Below are positions 37,654-46,733 of a stretch of DNA of 64,000 nt, one piece after another. The first letter of the stretch is position 1; each line of letters opens with the position of its first letter. The translations under genes and the position numbers were made by a program. The notes below the pieces were generated by a model. That model was not told the DNA's origin, ran no database searches, and was given only the letters and a program-made list of their open reading frames with translations. This DNA comes from Thermoplasmata archaeon (GTDB taxonomy: Archaea; Thermoplasmatota; Thermoplasmata; Lutacidiplasmatales; UBA184): NCBI GenBank assembly GCA_035532555.1, contig DATKQS010000004.1, positions 2,425 to 66,424 of the forward strand, read 5' to 3'.

Positions 37654-38586
37654 CTAGCCGAATCCCGTCGGGATCCCGAAGCGGAGGAGCGGCACGTTCA
37701 CGATCAGCGCCAGGATCACGAACAGGAGGTAGGGCCCCGAATAGATGAACCCGCGACGGGCCGTGGCCCGGTCGACCCGCTTCCACAGGGGAAGTGTGAA
37801 CATCACGAAGAGCAGACCGAGCACGACGAGGACGACGAGGATCGGCCAGGTGATCGCTCCCGTCCAACCGACCAAGAGCGCCGCCGGGACGAGGAGCGCG
37901 GCGGAGATCACCACGACCTTTCCCGAGTACGCGGCGTCGTTCATCCGAGGCAGCATCGGCAGCCCCGCCCGAGCGTAGTCGTCCTTGAGCAGCAAGGCGA
38001 GGCTCCAGAAGTGCGGAGGGGTCCAAAGGAAGACGAGAATCGCGAAGGCGATCGATCCCGTGGACCAGTAGCCGACCGCGGCGGCGCTCCCCGCGAGAGC
38101 GGGGGCGCTCCCCGCGAAGCCTCCGATGACGATGTTCCAGCTCGACCGGCGCTTGAGCCAGGCCGTGTAGACGACGACGTACGTGAACCCGCCCAGGAAG
38201 ATCGAGAATCCCGTGAGGGGGTTGAGGAGCGCGCTCGCCGCGCCGATCCCCACCGCGAGGAAGGCCAGGCCCGCGATGAGCACCGCGGTGCTCGATGCGA
38301 TCCGTTCGGCCGCCAGCGGCCGGTCGGAGGTCCGGTGCATCTGCGGGTCCACGTCCCGGTCGAGGTAGTGGTTCAGCATCGCCGCGCCGGCCGAGGCGGC
38401 GGCCCCGGTGAGGACGAGGAGGAGGAGGCGGTACCAGTCGATCGCGGTCGGGTTCGCAAGGAAGTATCCGCCGACGGCCACGAGGACGATCAGCAACGTG
38501 ATCCCCGGCTTCGCGAGGCTCACCGCGTCAGAGAAGCGGGAGCTCGTGGGGAGCGCGGATGTACGGGCGGATGCGACCTCGCTCAT
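37654..38586 (-). CDS. ctaB: Protoheme IX farnesyltransferase (heme O synthase)
   Basis: 310 aa UbiA-family protein with LAKPGITLL and NHYLDRDVDPQMHRTSDRPLA. Confidence 0.9.
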   Translation of the reverse strand: MSEVASARTSALPTSSRFSDAVSLAKPGITLLIVLVAVGGYFLANPTAIDWYRLLLLVLTGAAASAGAAMLNHYLDRDVDPQMHRTSDRPLAAERIASSTAVLIAGLAFLAVGIGAASALLNPLTGFSIFLGGFTYVVVYTAWLKRRSSWNIVIGGFAGSAPALAGSAAAVGYWSTGSIAFAILVFLWTPPHFWSLALLLKDDYARAGLPMLPRMNDAAYSGKVVVISAALLVPAALLVGWTGAITWPILVVLVVLGLLFVMFTLPLWKRVDRATARRGFIYSGPYLLFVILALIVNVPLLRFGIPTGFG

Positions 38587-38622
38587 CGAGACACTTCGGG
38601 CGCAGCGAATCCGCTCGCTCGC

Positions 38623-39198
38623 TTAGCCTTCCGGGCCGGGCGAGGAGCCCGGCCGAGCGGCTCCATCGTCCGCGGGGTCGGCTCCGGCGAGCGCATACGG
38701 GTCCACCTCGCGCTCCTCGCCCGCTTTCACCGCCCAGGTGACCCAACGCCGAGAGAGCGAACGCAAGTTGGACAGGAGCACGAGGATGAGCAGGACCCCG
38801 AACAGGATCGTGGCGAGCGCGAAGTGCAGGAGGACCAGGGCGAGGTTCAGGCTGGAATCGACCACCGCTCCTCCGAGCAGAGCGAGCGCGACGACCAGCG
38901 CGAGCGAGAACAGGCTGAGCTTGAGCAGGACCGGCCGGCGGCGCTCGTAGGCGAGGGCGAAGGCGCTCAGGATGACGAGCGCCACCGCGAGGAAGAACGC
39001 GCTGACGCGGTGGGCCCACTCGACCGCACTGGCTCCCGAGACCGTCGGGAGCGGGGTGAACGACCCGTTGCACGCGGGCCACGATGGGCATCCGAGGCCG
39101 GAATCGCTCGCGATGACGTTCCCGCCCAGAATGATCGTCACGTAACAGGCGACGAGGGCGGCGACGGCGGCGTACCGAAAGAGGTCGTGCCCGCGCAT
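38623..39198 (-). CDS. ctaA: Heme A synthase, short four-helix archaeal form
   Basis: 191 aa with 4 TM helices, GLGCPSWPAC in the first loop and conserved His residues (WAHRV, LLHFA). It is adjacent to ctaB and oxidase subunit I. Confidence 0.78.
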   Translation of the reverse strand: MRGHDLFRYAAVAALVACYVTIILGGNVIASDSGLGCPSWPACNGSFTPLPTVSGASAVEWAHRVSAFFLAVALVILSAFALAYERRRPVLLKLSLFSLALVVALALLGGAVVDSSLNLALVLLHFALATILFGVLLILVLLSNLRSLSRRWVTWAVKAGEEREVDPYALAGADPADDGAARPGSSPGPEG

Positions 39199-39211
39199 CG
39201 GCCCTCCCGGT

Positions 39212-40891
39212 TCACACCCCGCCTTCCGACTCGGCCGAGACGGGGACGGGGGTGGGCGCGGGAGTCGGGACGGCGACGGGCCCGGAGATGGTGCTCGGCA
39301 GCGGCTCGCCCCACGGGTCGCGGCTCGTGACGGGCTCGCCGTAGTAGTAGCTGTGGACCATGTTGTACAGGAAGAACAGCTGGCCGATCCCGAGGATGAA
39401 CGCGCCGAGGGTCGAGATGAAGTTCAGCGCCTGGAAGTTCCCGGCCCAGAGATAGTCGTACACGCGGCGCGGCATCCCTTCGGCCCCGAGGATGAACATC
39501 GGGAACAGGAGCACGTTGACGCCGATGTACGTGAGCGCGAAGTGGATGTGACCGAGCCGCTGGTTGTACCAGCGGTGCGTGATCACCGGGAAGTAGAAGT
39601 AGATCCCCGCGAAGAGCGCCATCAGCGTCCCGCCGAGCAGGATGTAGTGGAAGTGCGCCACCACGAAGTACGTCCCATGGTAGAGATAGTCGATCGGGAT
39701 CGAAGCGAGGTAGAGTCCCGATAATCCTCCGATCACGAACCCCGTGATGAAGGCGAAGCAGAACCACATCGGCACCGCCATCCAGATCCGCCCGCCCCAG
39801 AGCGTCGCGACCCAGTTGAAGGTCTTCACGGCGGATGGCACTGCGATCGCCATCGTGCTGAGCATGAAGAAGAACGCGACGTTCGTGTCGATCCCCGTCA
39901 GGAACATGTGGTGGCCCCAGACCGCGAAGGAGAGGATCGCGAAGGCGCCGAGGCTGATCGCCATCGCCGCATAGCCGAAGATGTCCTTGCGCGCTAACTT
40001 CGGGATGATGGTGGAGACGATCCCGAACGCGGGCAACACCATGATGTACACCTCGGGGTGCGCGAAGAACCAGAATAAGTTCTGATAGAGGAGCGCTCCC
40101 CCGAGGGGCGTGCCGTTCACGCTCGCGAGGATGTGGGTTCCGAAGTTCCGGTCGCTGAGCACGAACGTCAGCGCGATGGACAGCGACGGGAGGGCGAATA
40201 GCAGGAGTACGGAATTGATCAGCGTCGCCCAGACGAACAAGGGCATGTTCCAGTACTCGACCCCGGGCGCCCGGTGCTTGATGATCGTGACGAGGAAGTT
40301 GACCGCGCCGAGGATCGAGGAGATCGTGAGGATGTGCAATCCCAGGACCCAGTAGTCGAGCCCGTACGGGTTCGGGCCGTACGGCTGGAGCGACAGGGGG
40401 ACGTAGCCGGTCCAGCCGGCGTACGCGTTCGAAAGGATCAGAATGACCCCCGCGGGGGGGATCAGCCAAAAGGCGATGGCGTTGATCTTGGGCATCGCCA
40501 TCTCCTTGGCGCCGATCATCGACGGCACGAGGAGGTTCCCGAACCCGGCGAGGGTCGGGATGATGAACATGAAGATCATCAGCACGCCGTGCATCGTGAA
40601 CAGCGTGCTGTACACGTCCGGCGTGATGCCGAGGGTCGTCTGGGGATCGAGCCCGAGCCCTTGGACGAAGCCGAGATCGGTACGGATGAGGACCGCGTAG
40701 ATCCCTCCGATGAAGAAGAACGTGATCCCGGTGGCGATGTACATCAGACCGATCCGCTTGTGATCGGTCGTGAACATCCAGAGCTTCGCCTTCCGTACGA
40801 ACCAGCTCCCCTGGTAGCCCAGGAAGATGACCGCGAACGCGGTGAATGCCGAGATCAGGCCGATCACGATGTAGGTCGTGGTGGCGTCCAT
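39212..40891 (-). CDS. coxA: Heme-copper oxidase subunit I
   Basis: 559 aa with [35 protein letters not shown] and HFHYILLGG. Confidence 0.95.
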   Translation of the reverse strand: MDATTTYIVIGLISAFTAFAVIFLGYQGSWFVRKAKLWMFTTDHKRIGLMYIATGITFFFIGGIYAVLIRTDLGFVQGLGLDPQTTLGITPDVYSTLFTMHGVLMIFMFIIPTLAGFGNLLVPSMIGAKEMAMPKINAIAFWLIPPAGVILILSNAYAGWTGYVPLSLQPYGPNPYGLDYWVLGLHILTISSILGAVNFLVTIIKHRAPGVEYWNMPLFVWATLINSVLLLFALPSLSIALTFVLSDRNFGTHILASVNGTPLGGALLYQNLFWFFAHPEVYIMVLPAFGIVSTIIPKLARKDIFGYAAMAISLGAFAILSFAVWGHHMFLTGIDTNVAFFFMLSTMAIAVPSAVKTFNWVATLWGGRIWMAVPMWFCFAFITGFVIGGLSGLYLASIPIDYLYHGTYFVVAHFHYILLGGTLMALFAGIYFYFPVITHRWYNQRLGHIHFALTYIGVNVLLFPMFILGAEGMPRRVYDYLWAGNFQALNFISTLGAFILGIGQLFFLYNMVHSYYYGEPVTSRDPWGEPLPSTISGPVAVPTPAPTPVPVSAESEGGV

Positions 40892-40907
40892 TACGACCTC
40901 CGCGCGC

Positions 40908-41339
40908 TCATGTGAGAATCAAGCTCCCGAGCAGGTAGCTCGAGGCGGCGGCCGCGGCGAGGACGAGCACGATGCGCAGGAAGCGCGCCGTGGAATCCGC
41001 GGTGATGGGTGCCGGCCGAGGCGGGGTCACCCGGCGGCCGAGCGGCCAGACGCGGTAGGTGCGATCGACGATGTGGAAGAGCAGCGCGGCCATCAGGAGC
41101 ATGAGGGCGAGCGCGAGCCCGAACGACTCCGTCCCGCCGGGAGTGACGAGCGGGTTCACGGCCGGCGCGCAGTTCGTCCCTCCCTGGAGCGCGCAGAGGA
41201 GCGGGGAGATCGGATCCGCAACGTAGAAGACGTACCCGACGAGCGCGCCGATGCCGATCAGCATCAGGAACGTGACCGCGTCGTAGAGGTCCGTTGTACG
41301 GCGCCGGACCGCCCGAAGGCTCGCTTCTTCGCTATTCAA
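40908..41339 (-). CDS. Hypothetical membrane protein (143 aa, ~3 TM) within the oxidase cluster
   Basis: Hydrophobic segments are [36 protein letters not shown] and [20 protein letters not shown]. It overlaps the upstream ORF by 8 nt. Confidence 0.5.
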   Translation of the reverse strand: MNSEEASLRAVRRRTTDLYDAVTFLMLIGIGALVGYVFYVADPISPLLCALQGGTNCAPAVNPLVTPGGTESFGLALALMLLMAALLFHIVDRTYRVWPLGRRVTPPRPAPITADSTARFLRIVLVLAAAAASSYLLGSLILT

Positions 41340-41601
41340 AGAACTCGACCCTCCGGTGGGTAGCGCCCCGATACCGGTCCACGCGGTACAGGATCCCGGC
41401 CATGAACAGGAAGGAGAGGAACGCGACGACCGCTCCCCCGACGAGCGCCGCGATCGCGACTACGGAGGGGCCGATCCCGAGCGTGAGCAGGAGCCCGTAG
41501 ACGAAGAACGCCGCGCCCAGGGTTCCGATCGTTAGGAACGCGCCCAGGATCGCCCAGAGCACGCCTGTCTTCCACTGCGGGGCCTCCGAGGGATCAGTCA
41601 A
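41332..41601 (-). CDS. Hypothetical membrane protein (89 aa, 2-3 TM) within the oxidase cluster
   Basis: VLWAILGAFLTIGTLGAAFFVYGLLL and VVAIAALVGGAVVAFLSFLFMAGIL. It overlaps the cytochrome b stop by 8 nt. Confidence 0.5.
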   Translation of the reverse strand: MTDPSEAPQWKTGVLWAILGAFLTIGTLGAAFFVYGLLLTLGIGPSVVAIAALVGGAVVAFLSFLFMAGILYRVDRYRGATHRRVEFFE

Positions 41602-42949
41602 GGGGGTTCACCTCCGACGTCGACATCGGGGTCCCAGCGGGCGTGCCGGCTCCCACACGCTTCGGGTAGATGCCGGGCAGCCCGCTCTGGCGCGCCGCGA
41701 GGCGCCGCCGGTAGCCCGCCTGGTAGCGATAGTGGAGGAACACGACCAGGACCGCGTTCACCACGACCATCGGCGCGAGCGTCATGACGATGGTCGGCAG
41801 ATCGATCTGGGCGCCGGGGGTGACCCCGCCCCAGACGCTCATGATGATGAAGAACTGAAGCAGGGTCGTCCCGATGAAGATGAACAGCGGGCGGTCCCTC
41901 GGGTGGGTGCGCTTCGAGCGGTCGAGGTACGGCAAGAACAGGAAGAACAGCGCGAGCACCGTGCCGATTCCCACGGCGAGCACGGGAGTGACGCCCGTGA
42001 AATCCACCAGCTTGAACAGCCACAGGAAGTACCAATCGGGTTCCGTCACCACCCCGACGGCGGCGGTGTTGCCCACGTACGTCGGGAGCGTCCAGGGCCA
42101 GAGCGCCGCTATTCCGAACAAGACGCCGAGATAGAGCAGGGCCCACTTGGTCATGTAGAAGAAGATGTGGGGCATGAACGGGACGTGCTCCTTGTCCTCC
42201 TTCTCGGTGAACCGACGGCGCTGGGTCGGATCCGAGGTGGACGGCGGAGCGATCCCGTGCGACTCGAACAGCGCGATGTGGGCGTAGAGCAGTGCGCCGA
42301 GCGCGAGCGGCAGGAGCAGCACGTGGGCCGCGAACATGCGGCCTAACAGTCCCTGGGGCGTCCCGTCCCCCATGATGAACGGCGCCGTGACCGGACCGAG
42401 CACGGGGAGTCGGATGGCGAGCACGATCCCGACGTTGGTGGCGTTGTAGCTGATCTGCGTGTAGGGGAGAAGGTAGCCCGTGAACCCCATGCCGAGGGTC
42501 ACGAGCATCAGGAGCGTCCCGACCATCCAGGAGAACTCGCGGGGCGCCTTGTAGACCCCGAGATAGTAGCCCCGGAAGAAGTGGACGAACATCAGGAAAA
42601 TCATGGCGTAGGCGCCGTAGAGATGGGTCGACAGGAGCAGCGACCCCATCGGGATGGAGTGGATGATGTAGTACGTCGAGCACCAGGCCGCCGGCGAGAA
42701 CGGAGTGCCGATCGCTTGTCCGCATGCCGTCAGGGTCGAGCCGACGCTCGGCTGGTAGTACAGGAGCAGAAGGATGCCCGATACTACCTGGTACAGGAAC
42801 GCGGTCGCCACGAACGCGCCCGTCCAGTACGACGGTTTGAACGTGAACGCGGGCTGAGGCCGGAGGGCCCACTTGCGCATCCCGGTACGGTTCTCGACGT
42901 ATCCCCAGATCCGGTTCAACGTGCGGTTGTACCAGGTGCTGAACGACAC
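41594..42949 (-). CDS. Cytochrome b (bc-complex analogue, fused N- and C-terminal domains)
   Basis: 451 aa with AFLYQVVSGILLLLYYQPS, STHLYGAYAMIFLMFVHFFRGYY, GFTGYLLPY and the Qo-site variant EPDWYFLWLF. Confidence 0.9.
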   Translation of the reverse strand: MSFSTWYNRTLNRIWGYVENRTGMRKWALRPQPAFTFKPSYWTGAFVATAFLYQVVSGILLLLYYQPSVGSTLTACGQAIGTPFSPAAWCSTYYIIHSIPMGSLLLSTHLYGAYAMIFLMFVHFFRGYYLGVYKAPREFSWMVGTLLMLVTLGMGFTGYLLPYTQISYNATNVGIVLAIRLPVLGPVTAPFIMGDGTPQGLLGRMFAAHVLLLPLALGALLYAHIALFESHGIAPPSTSDPTQRRRFTEKEDKEHVPFMPHIFFYMTKWALLYLGVLFGIAALWPWTLPTYVGNTAAVGVVTEPDWYFLWLFKLVDFTGVTPVLAVGIGTVLALFFLFLPYLDRSKRTHPRDRPLFIFIGTTLLQFFIIMSVWGGVTPGAQIDLPTIVMTLAPMVVVNAVLVVFLHYRYQAGYRRRLAARQSGLPGIYPKRVGAGTPAGTPMSTSEVNPLD

Positions 42950-42959
42950 TTCGTCCCCC

Positions 42960-43757
42960 CTACTGCGGGAAATTGCACAGGATGACGGGAGGCTGCGAGC
43001 TGACCTGACTGGTAGAGGCGACGCCGTAGCCCCCTTGCAGGGTATTGATGTGCCCGTTGACAGCCGGGCTCGAGGGGGTTATCCCGATCGCGAAGATGTT
43101 GCCGTTGGCGTCCGGCTCGAGGACGACCTGGGGGAGCGGCAGCACCGCGGGTCCCGTCAGGTTCGATGCGCCGTTCGTCGGATCGTAGGTGGAGCCGTGG
43201 CAGCTGCAGTGGATGTAGACCGACTTTCCCCCGGGGGTGTTCGGGCAGGTTCCCGGCGGATAGTAGGCGATGGCGGGCGCGGGGCAGCCCAAGTGCTGGC
43301 AGATCGCGCTGAACGCGACGATCGTCTGGGGACCTCCTGCGGGTCCAATCCCGTTGAGCGCGTGATCGACCGCGGGATACAGGTTCAGGAAGAAGTTGGG
43401 CTCGTTCAGAAGCGGGTAGGCGAACGTGAAGCACTGCGTGGAATTGGAACTGTAGTTCTTCATCACCGAGTCGACCGTGAGCGGTTGGCCCGAAACGTCG
43501 AGCAGCTGGACGCGTGGGTAGCTCGAGATCCCGATCGTGGGAGGCTGGGCGTACTGGAGCGCCCCGGCGATACCGCCTCCGATCCCGACGCCGACGATCC
43601 CCGCGACCGCGAGGAGCTTGAGCATGTTGCGTTTGGTCTCGTCGACCTCCTCGCCCTCGCTCGCGACGCGGTGGACCTGGCCCACGGGGAACGACAGGGC
43701 CTCCTCGCGCGCCACGGCGAACGGGCAGCTCGACGGGCAATCGAGATCGGGGCTCAC
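42960..43757 (-). CDS. Rieske [2Fe-2S] protein
   Basis: 265 aa with a GTG start overlapping the upstream stop (GTGA). Box I is CQHLGC and box II is CSCHGS. The N-terminal ETKRNMLKLLAVAGIVGVG is a KR-type Tat-like signal anchor. Confidence 0.88.
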   Translation of the reverse strand: MSPDLDCPSSCPFAVAREEALSFPVGQVHRVASEGEEVDETKRNMLKLLAVAGIVGVGIGGGIAGALQYAQPPTIGISSYPRVQLLDVSGQPLTVDSVMKNYSSNSTQCFTFAYPLLNEPNFFLNLYPAVDHALNGIGPAGGPQTIVAFSAICQHLGCPAPAIAYYPPGTCPNTPGGKSVYIHCSCHGSTYDPTNGASNLTGPAVLPLPQVVLEPDANGNIFAIGITPSSPAVNGHINTLQGGYGVASTSQVSSQPPVILCNFPQ

Positions 43758-43936
43758 AGCGTCCTCCCGCGGGTGTCGGGCAAGGTGTCGTCGACCTGGC
43801 TCGGGTCGGGAACGGTCGCGTCTCCCGGCAGTTCGGCCCGGTCGCTGCCGTAGTAGACCGCCCAGAAGATCCCGACCCCCATCAGAATCACCAGGACCTC
43901 GACCAGGTCCACCGATTGCGCTGGAGTGAGGCTCAT
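43754..43936 (-). CDS. Hypothetical single-TM protein (60 aa) coupled between tatB-like and Rieske genes
   Basis: MSLTPAQSVDLVEVLVILMGVGIFWAVYYGSDRAELPGD... It has an ATGA overlap with the upstream stop (43933) and a GTGA overlap with the Rieske start. It is the only protein-like part of listed ORF 43754..44224. Confidence 0.45.
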   Translation of the reverse strand: MSLTPAQSVDLVEVLVILMGVGIFWAVYYGSDRAELPGDATVPDPSQVDDTLPDTRGRTL

Positions 43937-44325
43937 GGCGTGCGCTCCGGCTCTACGATCACCGAGGGGATCGCCATCGACCAGGTCGGCACGGGATAGG
44001 ATCCGGCCCACGGGACGCTCGGCTCGAGCGCCGGCCGGTAGGGAGCGCTCGGGGCGGTGCTCACGGCGATCGGGATGCCTCCCATGGGGGAGGAGAGCGG
44101 CTCGAGCCCCATCAGAGCGCTGCGGATCGAGAGCGGCTGCCCCGGGGTAGGGAGCGGAATGTCCGCGGCCTTGGTGAACTCGCCGAGCATCTGTTGCTTC
44201 ATGCGGATCGCCCGCCCGTACCACCGGCCGATCGTCCGCATCGTTCCGGCGCCCTTGGTGCCGAAGAGGAGGAGCGAGGCGACGCCGGCGATGATGACCC
44301 AGTCCATGTCGGAGGCCAGCGCCAT
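43933..44325 (-). CDS. TatA/TatB-family Sec-independent translocase component (long form)
   Basis: 130 aa. DWVIIAGVASLLLFGTKGAGTMRTIGRWYGRAIRM is a TM helix, an FG hinge and an amphipathic helix, followed by a Pro-rich tail. Confidence 0.7.
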   Translation of the reverse strand: MALASDMDWVIIAGVASLLLFGTKGAGTMRTIGRWYGRAIRMKQQMLGEFTKAADIPLPTPGQPLSIRSALMGLEPLSSPMGGIPIAVSTAPSAPYRPALEPSVPWAGSYPVPTWSMAIPSVIVEPERTP

Positions 44326-44335
44326 CGCAGCTAGC

Positions 44336-45169
44336 TCACCCCGCTCCCACCACGGGGACGACGGCCTGCCGTCGGTCGCGCTTGCGCTCGTACCGAGCGG
44401 CGAAGTACGCGCCTCCGAAGTAGAGCGCCATCATCGGGAGGGCGATGAGGAGCATGGTGATCCCGGAGTTGTCCGGCGTGATGATCATCCCAAAGATCAG
44501 TGCCCCGAGTACGGCTCCGCGCCAGTGCTTGGTCCAGGCGGCGGCCTTCACGACCCCGAGGCGCGTGAGGGTGTAGACAAAGATCGGGAGCTCGAAGACC
44601 ACTCCGAACGCGAGGGAGTACAGCAGCGCGAAGGTGACGAAGTCCTGGACGCCGACGATGGGAGCGAGGCCCATCGCCGCGACGTACTTGAACAGCAGAA
44701 GGAAGGTGAACGGCGTCAGGAGGAAGACGCCGATCGCCGTCCCCACGATGAACAGCGCCGTCGCGGGGATCCCGATCAAGCGGAGCAGGTCGCGTTCGTT
44801 CTTCCTTAGCGCCGGGACGAGGAACGCTCCGACCTCGTGGATGATCCACGGCATTCCGAGGATCAGCGTGACGAGGAGCGCGATCTCCATCTGGATGAAG
44901 ACGGAGTCGCCGACGCCGACGTTCAACAGCTGGACCCCCGAGGGAAGCATGTGGGTCGACATCCATCGGAAGACCTGCGCGCTGGCGTTGTAGAACAGGT
45001 TGAACTGCGGGTACACCATCGGAACGGTGTGCCCCATCCACGTGACCGTCGTCCACTGCAGATTGAAGGTGATCATGAACGCGAAGATCGGGACCAGCAC
45101 GAAGGCGATGCGGATCACTCGGCGTCGAACCTCCCCCAGGATGCCGAGGAGGCGCTGCAATTCCCGCAT
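44336..45169 (-). CDS. tatC: Sec-independent protein translocase TatC
   Basis: 277 aa with 6 TM helices. It has LGEVRRRVIRIAFVLV, FLVPALRKNER and ITPDNSGITMLLIALPMMALY. Confidence 0.9.
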   Translation of the reverse strand: MRELQRLLGILGEVRRRVIRIAFVLVPIFAFMITFNLQWTTVTWMGHTVPMVYPQFNLFYNASAQVFRWMSTHMLPSGVQLLNVGVGDSVFIQMEIALLVTLILGMPWIIHEVGAFLVPALRKNERDLLRLIGIPATALFIVGTAIGVFLLTPFTFLLLFKYVAAMGLAPIVGVQDFVTFALLYSLAFGVVFELPIFVYTLTRLGVVKAAAWTKHWRGAVLGALIFGMIITPDNSGITMLLIALPMMALYFGGAYFAARYERKRDRRQAVVPVVGAG

Positions 45170-45274
45170 CAGTCAATGGGAGCCTCCTCCGCGCGAGAGG
45201 GGGGGCCTCCTCTCCCTAGCGGGTCGCTCCCCGGGCGTAGCGCCGTTCGCATGCCGCGATCGATGCCGATCCGT

Positions 45275-45496
45275 CTAATGGGACGGTCCCGTAGTAGTCG
45301 GTGGGCTCGGGGCGGTCCCCGCCGCGAGCGCCGCTTGCTCGGCCTTCAATTCGCGGTCCACTTCGAGTCGCCCACGCTTGAACTCCCCCATCGATCGCCC
45401 GAGGCTTCGAGCGAGCTGTGGGATCTTCGTGGACCCATAGAACAGAATCCCCGCGACCACGGCAATGATCAACCAATCGTCGATAGAGTCGAACAC
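45275..45496 (-). CDS. tatA: Sec-independent protein translocase TatA
   Basis: 73 aa with a GTG start. WLIIAVVAGILFYGSTKIPQLARSLGRSMGEFKRG. Confidence 0.85.
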   Translation of the reverse strand: MFDSIDDWLIIAVVAGILFYGSTKIPQLARSLGRSMGEFKRGRLEVDRELKAEQAALAAGTAPSPPTTTGPSH

Positions 45497-45599
45497 CTAA
45501 GTTGCCCCCACGTGCTCGACCAAGGGTGGGAGGATATGGCGTTCGTACGGGAGGGTGCGATTGGTACCGACCGTCCGTACGACGGAGAGATAAAGGCCC

Positions 45600-46640
45600 C
45601 TACGCGGCCTCGACCATGACGGTCTCGTGGCCGCTCGATACGGCCCGATCGATCGCCATCTCCGCGAGCAGCGACAGGCAACCCGCGCCCCGCCCGAGCG
45701 CCACAATCGCCTGGTAGATCCCGTTCTTCCGGGCGAGCCCCTTCGAGCGCTCGGCCGCTTCGACGCTCGCGTGCCAGAGATTGATCGAGTCCTGGTAGAC
45801 CTCGCAGGCGCGGTCGAGCGACGGGCGCATGAGGGCGTCCACGACCTCTTTGAGCTGGTCCTTCAGGCGCGGGAGCAGCGCGATGAGGGCGCCCTCGGTT
45901 CCAGCGAGCTTGGAGTGGTTCTGGTTGAGCACGGTGAGCGTCTCGTTGAACAGGTCGGAGAGCTCACCGAGCGTGTGCACCACTACCCGCCACTCGAGGA
46001 GCTGGCGGGGATCGGGCGAGCCGATGCGTCGCGCGAGCGACCAGTCACGGCTGGCGAGGAAGAGCTGGCGGACGAGCAGCGCGAGGACCTTGCTGCCCTC
46101 CTCGGAGAGGGTCGTCAGCCGGCGGGTCCGCACGTGCCGCGCGAGGATCTCCTGGGTCTCGTCAATGGACGCGACGAGGATCATCTTCATGCGCTGGACG
46201 AGCTGGGGTAGCTCGTACTTCGACGGGTCGATGAAGTTCTGCAGGACGATCCGGGTCGGTTCCTGAGCGACGATGCTGACCCCGAGGAGACCGCGCGCGG
46301 TCTGCACCGTCTCCTCCACGCGCTCCGGCGTGAGCGGGATATCGGTCCGGATCTCGATCGCGTCGTGGCCGACGCGGTAGGCGCCCACGATCAGCCGCTC
46401 GAGGACCCCCGGGGTGTCGAAGGAGTGGGCCTGCACGAGGTACGGCGTTCCCGACGGCACCGCTCCGGGAACCGGGGCGGGCTTGAGGAAGAGCGTCCCA
46501 TCGTCGTTCTGATCGAACACGATCAGATCCCCGGGATGGAGGTTCATCGCCTCCGCCCACGGTTTAGGTAGGGTGACCGCGATCGAAGAGTGTCCGGCCT
46601 TGAGTACGCGCCGCTCTCTGCTCGGTGTGGCCCATGCCAT
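45600..46640 (-). CDS. AbrB/SpoVT-domain plus PhoU-domain regulator
   Basis: 346 aa. An N-terminal swapped-hairpin motif (SSIAVTLPKPWAEAMNLHPGDLIVFDQNDDGTLFL) is followed by two helical PhoU-like repeats. Confidence 0.78.
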   Translation of the reverse strand: MAWATPSRERRVLKAGHSSIAVTLPKPWAEAMNLHPGDLIVFDQNDDGTLFLKPAPVPGAVPSGTPYLVQAHSFDTPGVLERLIVGAYRVGHDAIEIRTDIPLTPERVEETVQTARGLLGVSIVAQEPTRIVLQNFIDPSKYELPQLVQRMKMILVASIDETQEILARHVRTRRLTTLSEEGSKVLALLVRQLFLASRDWSLARRIGSPDPRQLLEWRVVVHTLGELSDLFNETLTVLNQNHSKLAGTEGALIALLPRLKDQLKEVVDALMRPSLDRACEVYQDSINLWHASVEAAERSKGLARKNGIYQAIVALGRGAGCLSLLAEMAIDRAVSSGHETVMVEAA

Positions 46641-46733
46641 TTTGGATTCCCAACCTACTACGCGGTCCGTAGGTATGGATATCTCCTCGCATTTGAACCT
46701 TGCGGCGCGGGGACGGGAGCGCGAGCGCGATGC

